Assembly (NCBI GenBank): GCA_964444395.1
Contig: CAYUHA010000001.1
Span: 1 to 34,446 of the forward strand
Source of the DNA: an uncultured Candidatus Saccharibacteria bacterium
GTDB taxonomy: Bacteria; Patescibacteriota; Minisyncoccia; Minisyncoccales; CAYUHA01
Length of the DNA: 34,446 nucleotides
Direction of reading: 5' to 3'
Shown: positions 1 through 7,577 of the stretch, piece after piece
Layout of the letters: each line of letters begins with the position of its first letter
Numbering within the stretch: position 1 is the first letter of the stretch
Program-made: the position numbers and the translations under genes
The notes under the pieces: model-generated
Databases searched by the model: none
The model's input: only the letters and a program-made list of their open reading frames with translations
What the model was told of the DNA's origin: nothing

Positions 1-2
1 CT

Positions 3-932
3 AAAATTGGAGTCTCTTTCAGGGGAGCAACTCGCTGGATTGCTGTAGGTCCAATTTCTTTTCAACCCTCAGAATTTCTAAAACTTAGCTTTTTACTTTA
101 TCTTGCCGCTTGGCTTTCAAAAAAAGAATTCTACATCGGGAATGTCAAACAAAAAATCTTAAAACTTAAAAATAGCACTCAACCCAAGATTTTAAGAACT
201 AAATTTAAAATAAAAAATATTTTAAATAATATAACTATAAATCAGAAGCTTGGTATTTCTCAAACTCTCCTGCCATTTTTAGGAATAATAGGGATAATAA
301 GTTTATTCTTAGTTCTTCAACCAGATATCAGCACTCTCGGGATAATTGTAATAATAGGAATTGTAATGTATTTTTTAGCAAACGCGCCTCTTTGGCATAT
401 GATTCTACTCGGTTTAACTGGTATAAGCGCTTTATTTTTATTAATAAAAATTGCTCCTTATCGCTATAATAGATTTTTAGTTTTCTTAAAGCCGGATATT
501 GACCCAATGGGAATAAGTTATCAAATAAAACAATCTCTAATTGCTATAGGGTCAGGAGGAATATGGGGAAAGGGGTTAGGGCTCAGCGTCCAACAATTTG
601 AATTTCTACCTCAAACAATGGTAGACTCAATTTTTGCCATTTTTTCTGAAGAAACCGGCTTTCTCGGCTCTTTGATTTTAATTTCTCTCTTCTTGATATT
701 TTTTTGGCGAGGATTTAAAATTTCAATACAATCCCAAAATAAATTTGCCCAATTGTCTGCCTTAGGAATTAGTTTCTGGATAACACTCCAAGCATTTATA
801 AACATTGGCGCGATGATCGGAATCCTCCCTCTAACCGGAGTTCCTTTGCCATTTATCAGTTATGGAGGATCAGCGTTAGTAACAGAATTGGTCGGACTGG
901 GAATACTTTTAAATATATCAAGGTCATCTTAG
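3..932 (+). CDS. ftsW: SEDS-family peptidoglycan polymerase FtsW/RodA, 5'-truncated by the window edge
   Basis: Hand translation shows the frame of ORF 366..932 is open back to nt 3, so the tracked ORF is only the 3' part. Motifs 'GATRWIAVGPISFQPSEFLKL' and 'PLTGVPLPFISYGGSAL' are SEDS signatures. It lies directly upstream of murG, as in dcw clusters. Confidence 0.85.
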   Translation, partial: KIGVSFRGATRWIAVGPISFQPSEFLKLSFLLYLAAWLSKKEFYIGNVKQKILKLKNSTQPKILRTKFKIKNILNNITINQKLGISQTLLPFLGIIGIISLFLVLQPDISTLGIIVIIGIVMYFLANAPLWHMILLGLTGISALFLLIKIAPYRYNRFLVFLKPDIDPMGISYQIKQSLIAIGSGGIWGKGLGLSVQQFEFLPQTMVDSIFAIFSEETGFLGSLILISLFLIFFWRGFKISIQSQNKFAQLSALGISFWITLQAFINIGAMIGILPLTGVPLPFISYGGSALVTELVGLGILLNISRSS

Positions 933-1014
933 CATATTGCATCTTGACATTTTAACAAAATTTAAATTAAAAATGTTTAGACGCAAGTTTAAATATTAAA
1001 ATGTTAATGTTAAA

Positions 1015-2178
1015 ATGAAAGTTTTATTTACCGGAGGTGGAACCGGAGGACATATTTTTCCAATAATTAGCATTGTCAGAGAAATAAAAAGAATAGAGCT
1101 TGATTCTCAGTACCCCCTTTTTAAATCATCTAATAAAAAAGGTGAGTTGGAATTTTTTTATGTTGGACCAAACGACAATTATTCAATCTTTCTTTCTCAA
1201 GAAGGAATAAAAGTAAAATCAATTTTAGCTGGAAAAATCAGAAGATATCTCGGGGTCAAAAGTATACTGCAAAATTTAATAGATATCGTGTTTAAAACTC
1301 CTATAGGTATAATTCAAGCATTTTTTTATATTTTCTTCTTAGCCCCTGATGTGGTTTTCAGTAAAGGAGGATACGGATCATTACCGGTAGTTCTTGCCAG
1401 TTGGATTCTTCAAATACCTATTTTTTTGCATGAATCAGACGTTTCTCCAGGACTAGCTAATAGATTTATAAGCAAATTTTGTATAGAGATTTTCGTTTCC
1501 TTACCAATATCTAGAACCGAATACTTTCCTCCCAAAAAAATGGTACCAGTAGGAAATCCAATTAGAATAGAATTATTAAGAGGATCCACTGATGAAGCAA
1601 AAAAAATGTTTAAATTAACTCTTCAAAAGCCAATAATTTTAATTTTAGGCGGCTCTCAAGGATCCCAACGAATTAATGATAAAGTTTTAGAAATCCTGCC
1701 GGAAATTCTTTTAAATTTTGAATTAATTCATCAATGTGGAGAAAAAAATTATAAACAAGTTAAAGCAGAAAGTGAAATAGTAGTATCTGAAAAACTAAAA
1801 CCGTATTATCATCTCTTTCCGTTCCTAAAAGAACAAGAATTGAAACAAGCTTATTATATTTCAGATCTTGTTGTAAGCAGGGCGGGTTCAGGAAGCATAT
1901 TTGAAATTGCTAGCGTTTCAAAGCCAAGTATTTTAATTCCTCTGCCTGAATCCGCTCAAAATCATCAAGTTAAAAATGCTTATACTTACGCTGAAAATGG
2001 AAGTTGTTTGGTGATAGAAGAAGCAAACTTTACCGCTCATTTTTTCTTAGAAAAAATAAAATACTTATTTTCCCACCCTGAACAACTTGAAGCTATGAGA
2101 AAAGCATCTAAAAATTTCTCTCGACCAGATTCAGCTAAAGTAATCGCTCAATATCTTATTGAATATTTAAGTAGATAA
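1015..2178 (+). CDS. murG: UDP-N-acetylglucosamine--N-acetylmuramyl-(pentapeptide) pyrophosphoryl-undecaprenol GlcNAc transferase
   Basis: N-terminal 'FTGGGTGGHIFP' G-loop, 'LGGSQGSQ' and 'SRAGSGSIFE' motifs. Position after ftsW. Confidence 0.9.
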   Translation: MKVLFTGGGTGGHIFPIISIVREIKRIELDSQYPLFKSSNKKGELEFFYVGPNDNYSIFLSQEGIKVKSILAGKIRRYLGVKSILQNLIDIVFKTPIGIIQAFFYIFFLAPDVVFSKGGYGSLPVVLASWILQIPIFLHESDVSPGLANRFISKFCIEIFVSLPISRTEYFPPKKMVPVGNPIRIELLRGSTDEAKKMFKLTLQKPIILILGGSQGSQRINDKVLEILPEILLNFELIHQCGEKNYKQVKAESEIVVSEKLKPYYHLFPFLKEQELKQAYYISDLVVSRAGSGSIFEIASVSKPSILIPLPESAQNHQVKNAYTYAENGSCLVIEEANFTAHFFLEKIKYLFSHPEQLEAMRKASKNFSRPDSAKVIAQYLIEYLSR

Positions 2179-2214
2179 AAAACTTATTCCAAATTCATTT
2201 TAAAACATTATATT

Positions 2215-3960
2215 ATGAAAATTGATACAAATGTTTCCAAAATAATAAATCCTCGAGTAAGAATCGCTCCGTCTCCAACAGGTCCTCTCCATATAGGAGT
2301 AGCACGAACCGCTCTTTTTAATTATCTTTTTGCTAAAAAGTATCAAGGGGTTTTTATTTTAAGAATCGAGGATACTGATGTTGAAAGATCTAATATATAT
2401 TTTGAGAGAGATATTATTGAAAATTTAAAATGGTTGGGTATTCAATGGGACGAAGGGCCGGCTTTAATTTCTCAAGAAAAAACTAAAGAAATCCCAAATT
2501 CTAAACATCAATTCATAAACAATAAAGAAAAAAAATATATAGGAGAATATGGTCCTTATAGGCAAAGTGAGCGGATTTCAATTTATAAAAAATATCTAAA
2601 AAAGCTGTTAGACGAGGGAAAGGCCTATTATTGTTTCTGCTCTGAAGAAGAATTAGAAAGTCGAAGACAATATCAAATAAGTATTGGCCAACCCTTTGTA
2701 TATGATGGAAGGTGCCGTGAGCTTTCTGAAAAAGAAGTAAAAAAATATTTAAAGGAAAATAGATCCTTTATTATTCGATTCAAAACCCCTATAAAAAAAG
2801 TGGCTTTTAAAGACCTAATTAGAGATAATGTAGAATTTGATTCGGCTCTAATTGGTGATTTTGCTATAGCTAAGAATTTATCCACTCCTTTATATAATTT
2901 TGCAGCAGTGATTGATGATTTTGAAATGAAAATCTCTCATATAATTAGAGGCGAAGATCATATTTCTAACACTCCAAAACAAATTTTAATCCAAGAAGCC
3001 CTAAATTTTCCCCATCCCCAATATGCCCACTTACCTTTAATCTTAGGATCAGATAAAACAAAGTTGAGCAAAAGACACGGCGCAACCTCTATTACGGAAC
3101 TTAGGAAAGCCGGTTATTTAAGCGAGGCGTTAGTTAATTTTATAGCCTTCTTAGGGTGGAATCCGGGAACAGAAAGAGAAATCTTTAGTCTTGCTTCTTT
3201 AATTAAAGAATTTTCATTAGAAAAAATCCAAAAAGGAGGTGCTATTTTTAATATTAAAAGATTAGATTGGATAAATGGTTTTTATATTCGCCAGAAAACT
3301 TCAGAAAAATTAACAGAAATGTGTTTACCATATTTAATTAAAGCAGGACTTATTGAAAAATTGGAAAACAACGCGAATAATAATTCTAAAAACACCCCTG
3401 CAAACAAATCTAAAACCCTTAAACTTTTTAAAGAAAAAAAATTAAAGTTTAGAATCAAAGAAACAGCAGAAATTATTGATTTTAATTGGTTGGAAAAAAT
3501 TGTGACTATTTATCAAAAAAGATTAAAAAAACTTTCTGAAATCTCAGAACTGACAGATTTTTTCTTCAAAAAGAAGTTAAATTATGAAAAAGAACTCCTT
3601 AGGTGGAAAGATATGACTGATAAAGAGATAGTTTCTTCTCTTGACAAATTAAAAAATTTATTATCTAAAATAAAAACAGAGAATTGGAATAGCGAAACTT
3701 TAAAAAAACTTTTAATAAAGGAAGCAGAAGAGTGGGGGATTGTGTCAAGCGAAACCCGCTACCATAATGCACAAAACAAAGAAATAGAAAAAGGAATAGA
3801 AGAAAAAATTCATAGCGATAGAGGAAAACTTTTATGGCCTTTTCGGGTAGCTTTAACCGGGAAGAAGAGTTCAGCCGAACCTTTTGAAATCGCCGAAATT
3901 TTAGGAAAAGAAAAAACAATAAAAAGAATAGAGGAAGCAAAACTTCTTTTCTTATTATAA
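2215..3960 (+). CDS. gltX: Glutamyl-tRNA synthetase (long form with Lys/Asn-rich insertions)
   Basis: Class I signatures 'PSPTGPLHIGVARTA' (HIGH) and 'KLSKRHG' (KMSKS). Cys cluster 'CFCSEE...GRC'. Confidence 0.9.
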   Translation: MKIDTNVSKIINPRVRIAPSPTGPLHIGVARTALFNYLFAKKYQGVFILRIEDTDVERSNIYFERDIIENLKWLGIQWDEGPALISQEKTKEIPNSKHQFINNKEKKYIGEYGPYRQSERISIYKKYLKKLLDEGKAYYCFCSEEELESRRQYQISIGQPFVYDGRCRELSEKEVKKYLKENRSFIIRFKTPIKKVAFKDLIRDNVEFDSALIGDFAIAKNLSTPLYNFAAVIDDFEMKISHIIRGEDHISNTPKQILIQEALNFPHPQYAHLPLILGSDKTKLSKRHGATSITELRKAGYLSEALVNFIAFLGWNPGTEREIFSLASLIKEFSLEKIQKGGAIFNIKRLDWINGFYIRQKTSEKLTEMCLPYLIKAGLIEKLENNANNNSKNTPANKSKTLKLFKEKKLKFRIKETAEIIDFNWLEKIVTIYQKRLKKLSEISELTDFFFKKKLNYEKELLRWKDMTDKEIVSSLDKLKNLLSKIKTENWNSETLKKLLIKEAEEWGIVSSETRYHNAQNKEIEKGIEEKIHSDRGKLLWPFRVALTGKKSSAEPFEIAEILGKEKTIKRIEEAKLLFLL

Positions 3961-4077
3961 GTAAACAACATTTCCTCGTATATATTAAAATATACAATTT
4001 CGCCGTCGTTCCTTGAATTTAACCCATTCTTTCGCTTCTAAAACGATTCTGGTTCGAATCCTGCTCTCTAATGGAAT

Positions 4078-4115
4078 CATCTTCTAAAAATTGCCATGGC
4101 AATTTTTAGAAGATG
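4078..4115 (+). terminator. Perfect 38-nt palindrome downstream of gltX (possible terminator hairpin)
   Basis: 'catcttctaaaaattgcca|tggcaatttttagaagatg' has 19-nt perfectly complementary arms. No clean U-tract follows, so the terminator role is uncertain. Confidence 0.4.
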
Positions 4116-4162
4116 AATAATATCTTACTATTAATACTATTAAAACCTATAAAATAAAAACA

Positions 4163-4603
4163 ATGAAAAGATATTTTTTCATTATTTTATTCATAATCGT
4201 CATTTTTGTTTTTGGGTTTTGGAAATACTCAGCAGCTCAACAGAACCAAATCCCAACTTCAGCAGAAGCTCCGGAAACTTTGGAAGAGGCAAAATTTATC
4301 TTAGTAGAACTTATTAAAAATCTTCCAAGCGCTGTTAAAAAAATCTTCATAGAAGAAGCTTTACCAATTTGGCAAAAAATGTATGAAAAAATAAAATCCT
4401 TCTGGAATATTTATATTAGTGCTAGGGTTAAAATACTTTGGCAGAAAATCAAAACCACATTTGAAAAGAAAATAGAAAAAAAGGCGCCAGTTATTGAAAA
4501 AGAATTTGAGAAAGAAAAAAAAGAATTAAAGAAAGAAATAAGAGAAAAAACTCCAGGGATTATGAAAAAAACTTGGGAAAAGTTAAAGAAGTTAATAAAA
4601 TAA
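4163..4603 (+). CDS. Hypothetical N-terminally anchored/secreted Lys/Glu-rich protein
   Basis: Hydrophobic N-terminus 'YFFIILFIIVIFVFGFW' followed by a charged, coiled-coil-like tail. No recognisable family. Confidence 0.5.
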   Translation: MKRYFFIILFIIVIFVFGFWKYSAAQQNQIPTSAEAPETLEEAKFILVELIKNLPSAVKKIFIEEALPIWQKMYEKIKSFWNIYISARVKILWQKIKTTFEKKIEKKAPVIEKEFEKEKKELKKEIREKTPGIMKKTWEKLKKLIK

Positions 4604-4685
4604 TAAATAATTTTTAATATTTTAATAATTTTTTAATAATCTATAATTACTGTTATTATTTGAGAAAGGGGAGTGAATTTTTCGC

Positions 4686-4714
4686 TTGACTTAACTTTTT
4701 AAATGATTTAATAT
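4686..4714 (+). promoter_or_regulatory. Candidate sigma70-type promoter for the recombinase gene
   Basis: TTGACT (4686-4691), 17-nt spacer, TAATAT (4709-4714), about 55 nt upstream of the ATG at 4769. The AT-rich background makes chance matches likely. Confidence 0.35.
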
Positions 4715-4768
4715 AAATATAAAAAGGTTCGCATAATTATACTTAAGAGAACTATTATATGTTGAAAT

Positions 4769-5728
4769 ATGTTGAAAAAAAACAATAAACCAATCCCCCA
4801 GCATTTAAATGATTTTTTGGACTGGCTTGATATAGAAAAAGGACTTTCTTCTAAAACACAAGAAAATTACGCAAGATTTTTAAAAAGATTTTTATATTGG
4901 TTAAAAGTAAGCAAATTAGAAAAATTAAAACCTCACGAACTAACTCCTGAACATATTTGGGAATATCGCGTATTTCTTTCTCGTAAATACCCATCAAAAA
5001 CAAAAAAACCTCTTAAAAGAAGCACTCAAAATTATTATTTAATCGCCTTGAGAGCTCTTCTAAGTTATTTTGCAGCGAAGAATATATTCTCTCTGCCAGC
5101 AGATAAAATAAAACTCTCTAAAACAGGAAAAGATAAAATAGTAAATTTCTTAAATTTAGAGCAATTAGAAAAACTATTTTCAGCCCCTGATACTTCAACT
5201 ACTCAAGGATTGAGAGATAGAGCTATTTTAGAAACCTTATTTTCTACAGGAATGAGAATAGCTGAATTGGTTGCTTTAAATCGAGAACAAATTAAAGTAA
5301 AACCCGAAACAAAGGAATTGGAGCTTGGAATTATTGGCAAAGGAGGGCGATCTCGAACTGTTTATTTTTCAGAACGCGCTCTAATTTGGCTAAAAAAATA
5401 CCTTGAAACTCGAAATGACCGAGAAAAAGCTTTATTTATCAATTATAGAAGTAAAAAAGGAGCTCCTCGAAGGCTAACTCCTCGTTCAATTGAAAAAATA
5501 ATAAAAAAATACTCTATTCTTACTGGACTGCCCATTACTACCACTCCACATGTTTTACGACATAGCTTTGCCACTGATCTATTAAGTCAAGGAGTAGATA
5601 TAAGAACTGTCCAGGAGTTTTTGGGACATAAAAGTATCTCTGCCACTCAAATTTACACTCATGTTACAAGTAAAATGCTTCGAGATATACATAGAAAATT
5701 TCATAGCGGCAGAAAACTAAAAGAATAA
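4769..5728 (+). CDS. xerC: Tyrosine site-specific recombinase, XerC/XerD-like
   Basis: Catalytic-domain motifs 'STGMRIAEL' (Arg), 'HVLRHSFATDLL' (H-x-x-R) and 'LGHKSISATQIYTHV' (His and Tyr nucleophile). N-terminal SAM-like core-binding region. Confidence 0.85.
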   Translation: MLKKNNKPIPQHLNDFLDWLDIEKGLSSKTQENYARFLKRFLYWLKVSKLEKLKPHELTPEHIWEYRVFLSRKYPSKTKKPLKRSTQNYYLIALRALLSYFAAKNIFSLPADKIKLSKTGKDKIVNFLNLEQLEKLFSAPDTSTTQGLRDRAILETLFSTGMRIAELVALNREQIKVKPETKELELGIIGKGGRSRTVYFSERALIWLKKYLETRNDREKALFINYRSKKGAPRRLTPRSIEKIIKKYSILTGLPITTTPHVLRHSFATDLLSQGVDIRTVQEFLGHKSISATQIYTHVTSKMLRDIHRKFHSGRKLKE

Positions 5729-5819
5729 AAATAAAAAAAGAAAAACCTTGTATAATTTAATACGCTATACTTATAGCCGACTCATATACTAGTTTAATAC
5801 CAACTTAGCAAAAATGCGT

Positions 5820-5969
5820 ATTTATCATCTTTCTTTTTTCTTTTTTTCTTTTTTTATTTTTTTATTTTTTTATTTTTTATTTTTTATTTTTCTTTTTTCT
5901 CTTCTCTCCTTTCTCTACTCTTTCTCTTCTCTCTTTTTCTTTTTTCTTTTTCTCTTCCTCTTCTTTTTT
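5820..5969. repeat. ~150-nt almost pure polypyrimidine (T/C) low-complexity tract on the + strand
   Basis: Runs of t and c with only a handful of a and g. It produces the spurious poly-Phe/Leu/Ser ORF 5814..6011. Confidence 0.9.
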
Positions 5970-6011
5970 TCATTCCACAAAAGTGTCCGATCGGACACTT
6001 TTGTGGAATGA
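5970..6011. repeat. 42-nt perfect palindrome, copy 1 of a twice-occurring element
   Basis: 'tcattccacaaaagtgtccga|tcggacacttttgtggaatga'. A 40-nt stretch (5972-6011) is identical at 31422-31461. It sits between the convergent xerC-like gene and uppS. Confidence 0.9.
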
Positions 6012-6014
6012 ATA

Positions 6015-6704
6015 TTATTTTCCAAATCTTCTTTGTCGCCTATCGTATTCTTTTAAAGCTTGGTCTAAATCCTTCTCATTAAAATCTGGCCAATATTTTT
6101 TTGAGAAATAAAGCTCACTGTAAGCAGCTTGCCAAAGTACAAAATTAGAAAGACGTTTTTCTCCTCCTGCGCGTATGATTAAATCTGGCGCAGGAAGGCC
6201 AGCAGTTGAAAGGTAATCTTCTATTAATTCCTCGGTGATTTTTCCTGCCGGGATTTTTTCACTAATAATTTTCTGAACTGCTTGGACAATATCCCATTTT
6301 CCCCCATAACTTACCGCTAAATTTAAATAAAGTTTAGTATTGTCTTTGGTTAAATTTTCTACTTGCTCTATTATTTTTTGTAAAGATTTCGGCAGTCTTT
6401 GCTTTTGCCCAATTATCTTTACCCTTACTCCCTCTTTTTCGTATCTCTTTTTCTTTATATTTTGAGACAAACCTTTCTCAAATAATTTCATTAAATACTC
6501 AACTTCTTCTTTTGACCTATTCCAATTTTCAGTAGAAAAGCCAAAAGCAGTCAAAATCTTCACTCCCCTATCTCTGCACCATTCACAAAACTTTGTCAAA
6601 TTTTGAAAACCTTGCCAATGTCCTTTAAAAGTAGGCAAACCCCTCTGCCGGGCCCAACGACGATTACCATCTGGAAATAAAACAATATGTTGCGGAATCT
6701 TCAT
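6015..6704 (-). CDS. uppS: Undecaprenyl diphosphate synthase (cis-prenyltransferase)
   Basis: 'LFPDGNRRWARQRG', 'FSTENWNRS' and 'IRAGGEKRLSNFVLWQAAYSELYF' are hallmark UPPS motifs. Confidence 0.92.
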   Translation of the reverse strand: MKIPQHIVLFPDGNRRWARQRGLPTFKGHWQGFQNLTKFCEWCRDRGVKILTAFGFSTENWNRSKEEVEYLMKLFEKGLSQNIKKKRYEKEGVRVKIIGQKQRLPKSLQKIIEQVENLTKDNTKLYLNLAVSYGGKWDIVQAVQKIISEKIPAGKITEELIEDYLSTAGLPAPDLIIRAGGEKRLSNFVLWQAAYSELYFSKKYWPDFNEKDLDQALKEYDRRQRRFGK

Positions 6705-6728
6705 AACTCCCTATGAAATTACGAATTT

Positions 6729-6959
6729 TTACAAATATACGAATAAATCTATAAATCTATTCGTATTATTAGTATATATTCGTATGTTAATATTGCGTTT
6801 TTCAAATTTAATTGGTTCTTTTTCTTTCTGTTTTGCCGTAATATATCCTACAGCAAAAGAAAGTAAAGAAATTAAAATAACACCGATTACTAAAATTATA
6901 TCATTCTGATATTTTTTGACAAATTGTAAAAATTTTGATAACATTAACAATCGAATCAT
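6729..6959 (-). CDS. Hypothetical small single-pass membrane protein
   Basis: One TM segment 'IILVIGVILISLLSFAVGYI'. The 3' end runs into a TACGAAT-type repeat, so the true extent is uncertain. Confidence 0.35.
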   Translation of the reverse strand: MIRLLMLSKFLQFVKKYQNDIILVIGVILISLLSFAVGYITAKQKEKEPIKFEKRNINIRIYTNNTNRFIDLFVYL

Positions 6960-7041
6960 CTCATCTTAACATATATTATCAACATTTAACACTTTTACTA
7001 TTAGTTAAATGTTATAAATGTTAAGATGTTAAAATGATTTT

Positions 7042-7314
7042 ATGGCAAAAACTAAAGCAGCTGGTGCAACAAAATTAGGAAGAGATTCAGAATCTAAAAG
7101 ATTAGGAGTTAAACTTTTTGAAGGCCAAACAGCCCGGCCCGGAATGATTATTGTCCGCCAAAGAGGCACAAAATTTCTTCCAGGGAAAAATGTTAAACAA
7201 GGAAATGACTATACTCTTTATGCAACTAAACAGGGAGTAGTTAAATTCACGACAAAAAGAATTAGACAATTCAACAACTCGCAAAGAAAGGCTAAAGTGG
7301 TTAATGTCATATAA
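7042..7314 (+). CDS. rpmA: 50S ribosomal protein L27
   Basis: '[17 protein letters not shown]...[16 protein letters not shown]' matches the L27 core. Confidence 0.92.
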   Translation: MAKTKAAGATKLGRDSESKRLGVKLFEGQTARPGMIIVRQRGTKFLPGKNVKQGNDYTLYATKQGVVKFTTKRIRQFNNSQRKAKVVNVI

Positions 7315-7319
7315 TATAA

Positions 7320-7406
7320 CACTAATCTATAAATGAAATGCTAATCTACGAATTATAATGCGAATCTACAAATGATATGCTAATCTACGGACTTGCTAAT
7401 ATTGCC
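7320..7406. repeat. About 4.5 tandem copies of a degenerate ~19-nt unit (atgctaatctacgaatt-like)
   Basis: Units begin at 7320, 7338, 7358, 7377 and 7395. They share the 'ctacgaa' core seen in other intergenic repeats. Confidence 0.75.
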
Positions 7407-7521
7407 GAAAACAGAAATCAATTAACAGAGAACAAAAAACAGTAGTGAAATCAGAAAACAGAAATTGGTTTTTTGTCTTCCATTTTCTGTACGGACTTCG
7501 GTTTTCCAATAACTTGTTTCT
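7407..7521. repeat. ~115-nt imperfect palindromic element, copy downstream of pyrG
   Basis: Core 7441-7476 'agtagtgaaatcagaaaacagaaattggttttttgt' matches 9280-9315 with 2 mismatches. The arms are rich in cagaaaa / ttttctg and fold back around 'gaaattggtttt'. Confidence 0.8.
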
Positions 7522-7577
7522 ATCTTCTCTTTCTTTTAGTGGTTCGCATAATTAGTATATTAATTCGCATATCCAAA

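Noticed and set aside
611-3997. Antisense ORFs inside ftsW and gltX (611..805, 2673..2885, 3665..3997), and similar ones inside pyrG, the methyltransferase, rSAM, M23, dnaJ, dnaK, grpE, ftsQ, femAB-like, serS, lysS and PBP genes
   Set aside because: Each lies opposite a gene with clear family motifs. These are typical shadow ORFs in AT-rich DNA.
4040-4077. tRNA-like 'ggttcgaatcc' T-loop string downstream of gltX and upstream of the recombinase (possible tRNA or att remnant)
   Set aside because: I could not build a cloverleaf. The would-be T stem pairs at only 3 of 5 positions and no acceptor, D or anticodon arms fit on either strand. At most it is a decayed fragment. A tRNAscan-SE/Infernal run would settle it.
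4769-5728. xerC/D-like recombinase as the integrase of a mobile element
   Set aside because: There are no flanking direct repeats, phage or plasmid genes, or compositional shift around it. Its composition matches the backbone. A chromosomal dimer-resolution Xer protein is the simpler reading. The nearby 42-nt palindrome is noted separately.
5814-6011. Tracked 65-aa ORF (poly-Phe/Leu/Ser)
   Set aside because: It is simply the translation of the polypyrimidine low-complexity tract plus the palindrome. There is no RBS and no protein-like composition.
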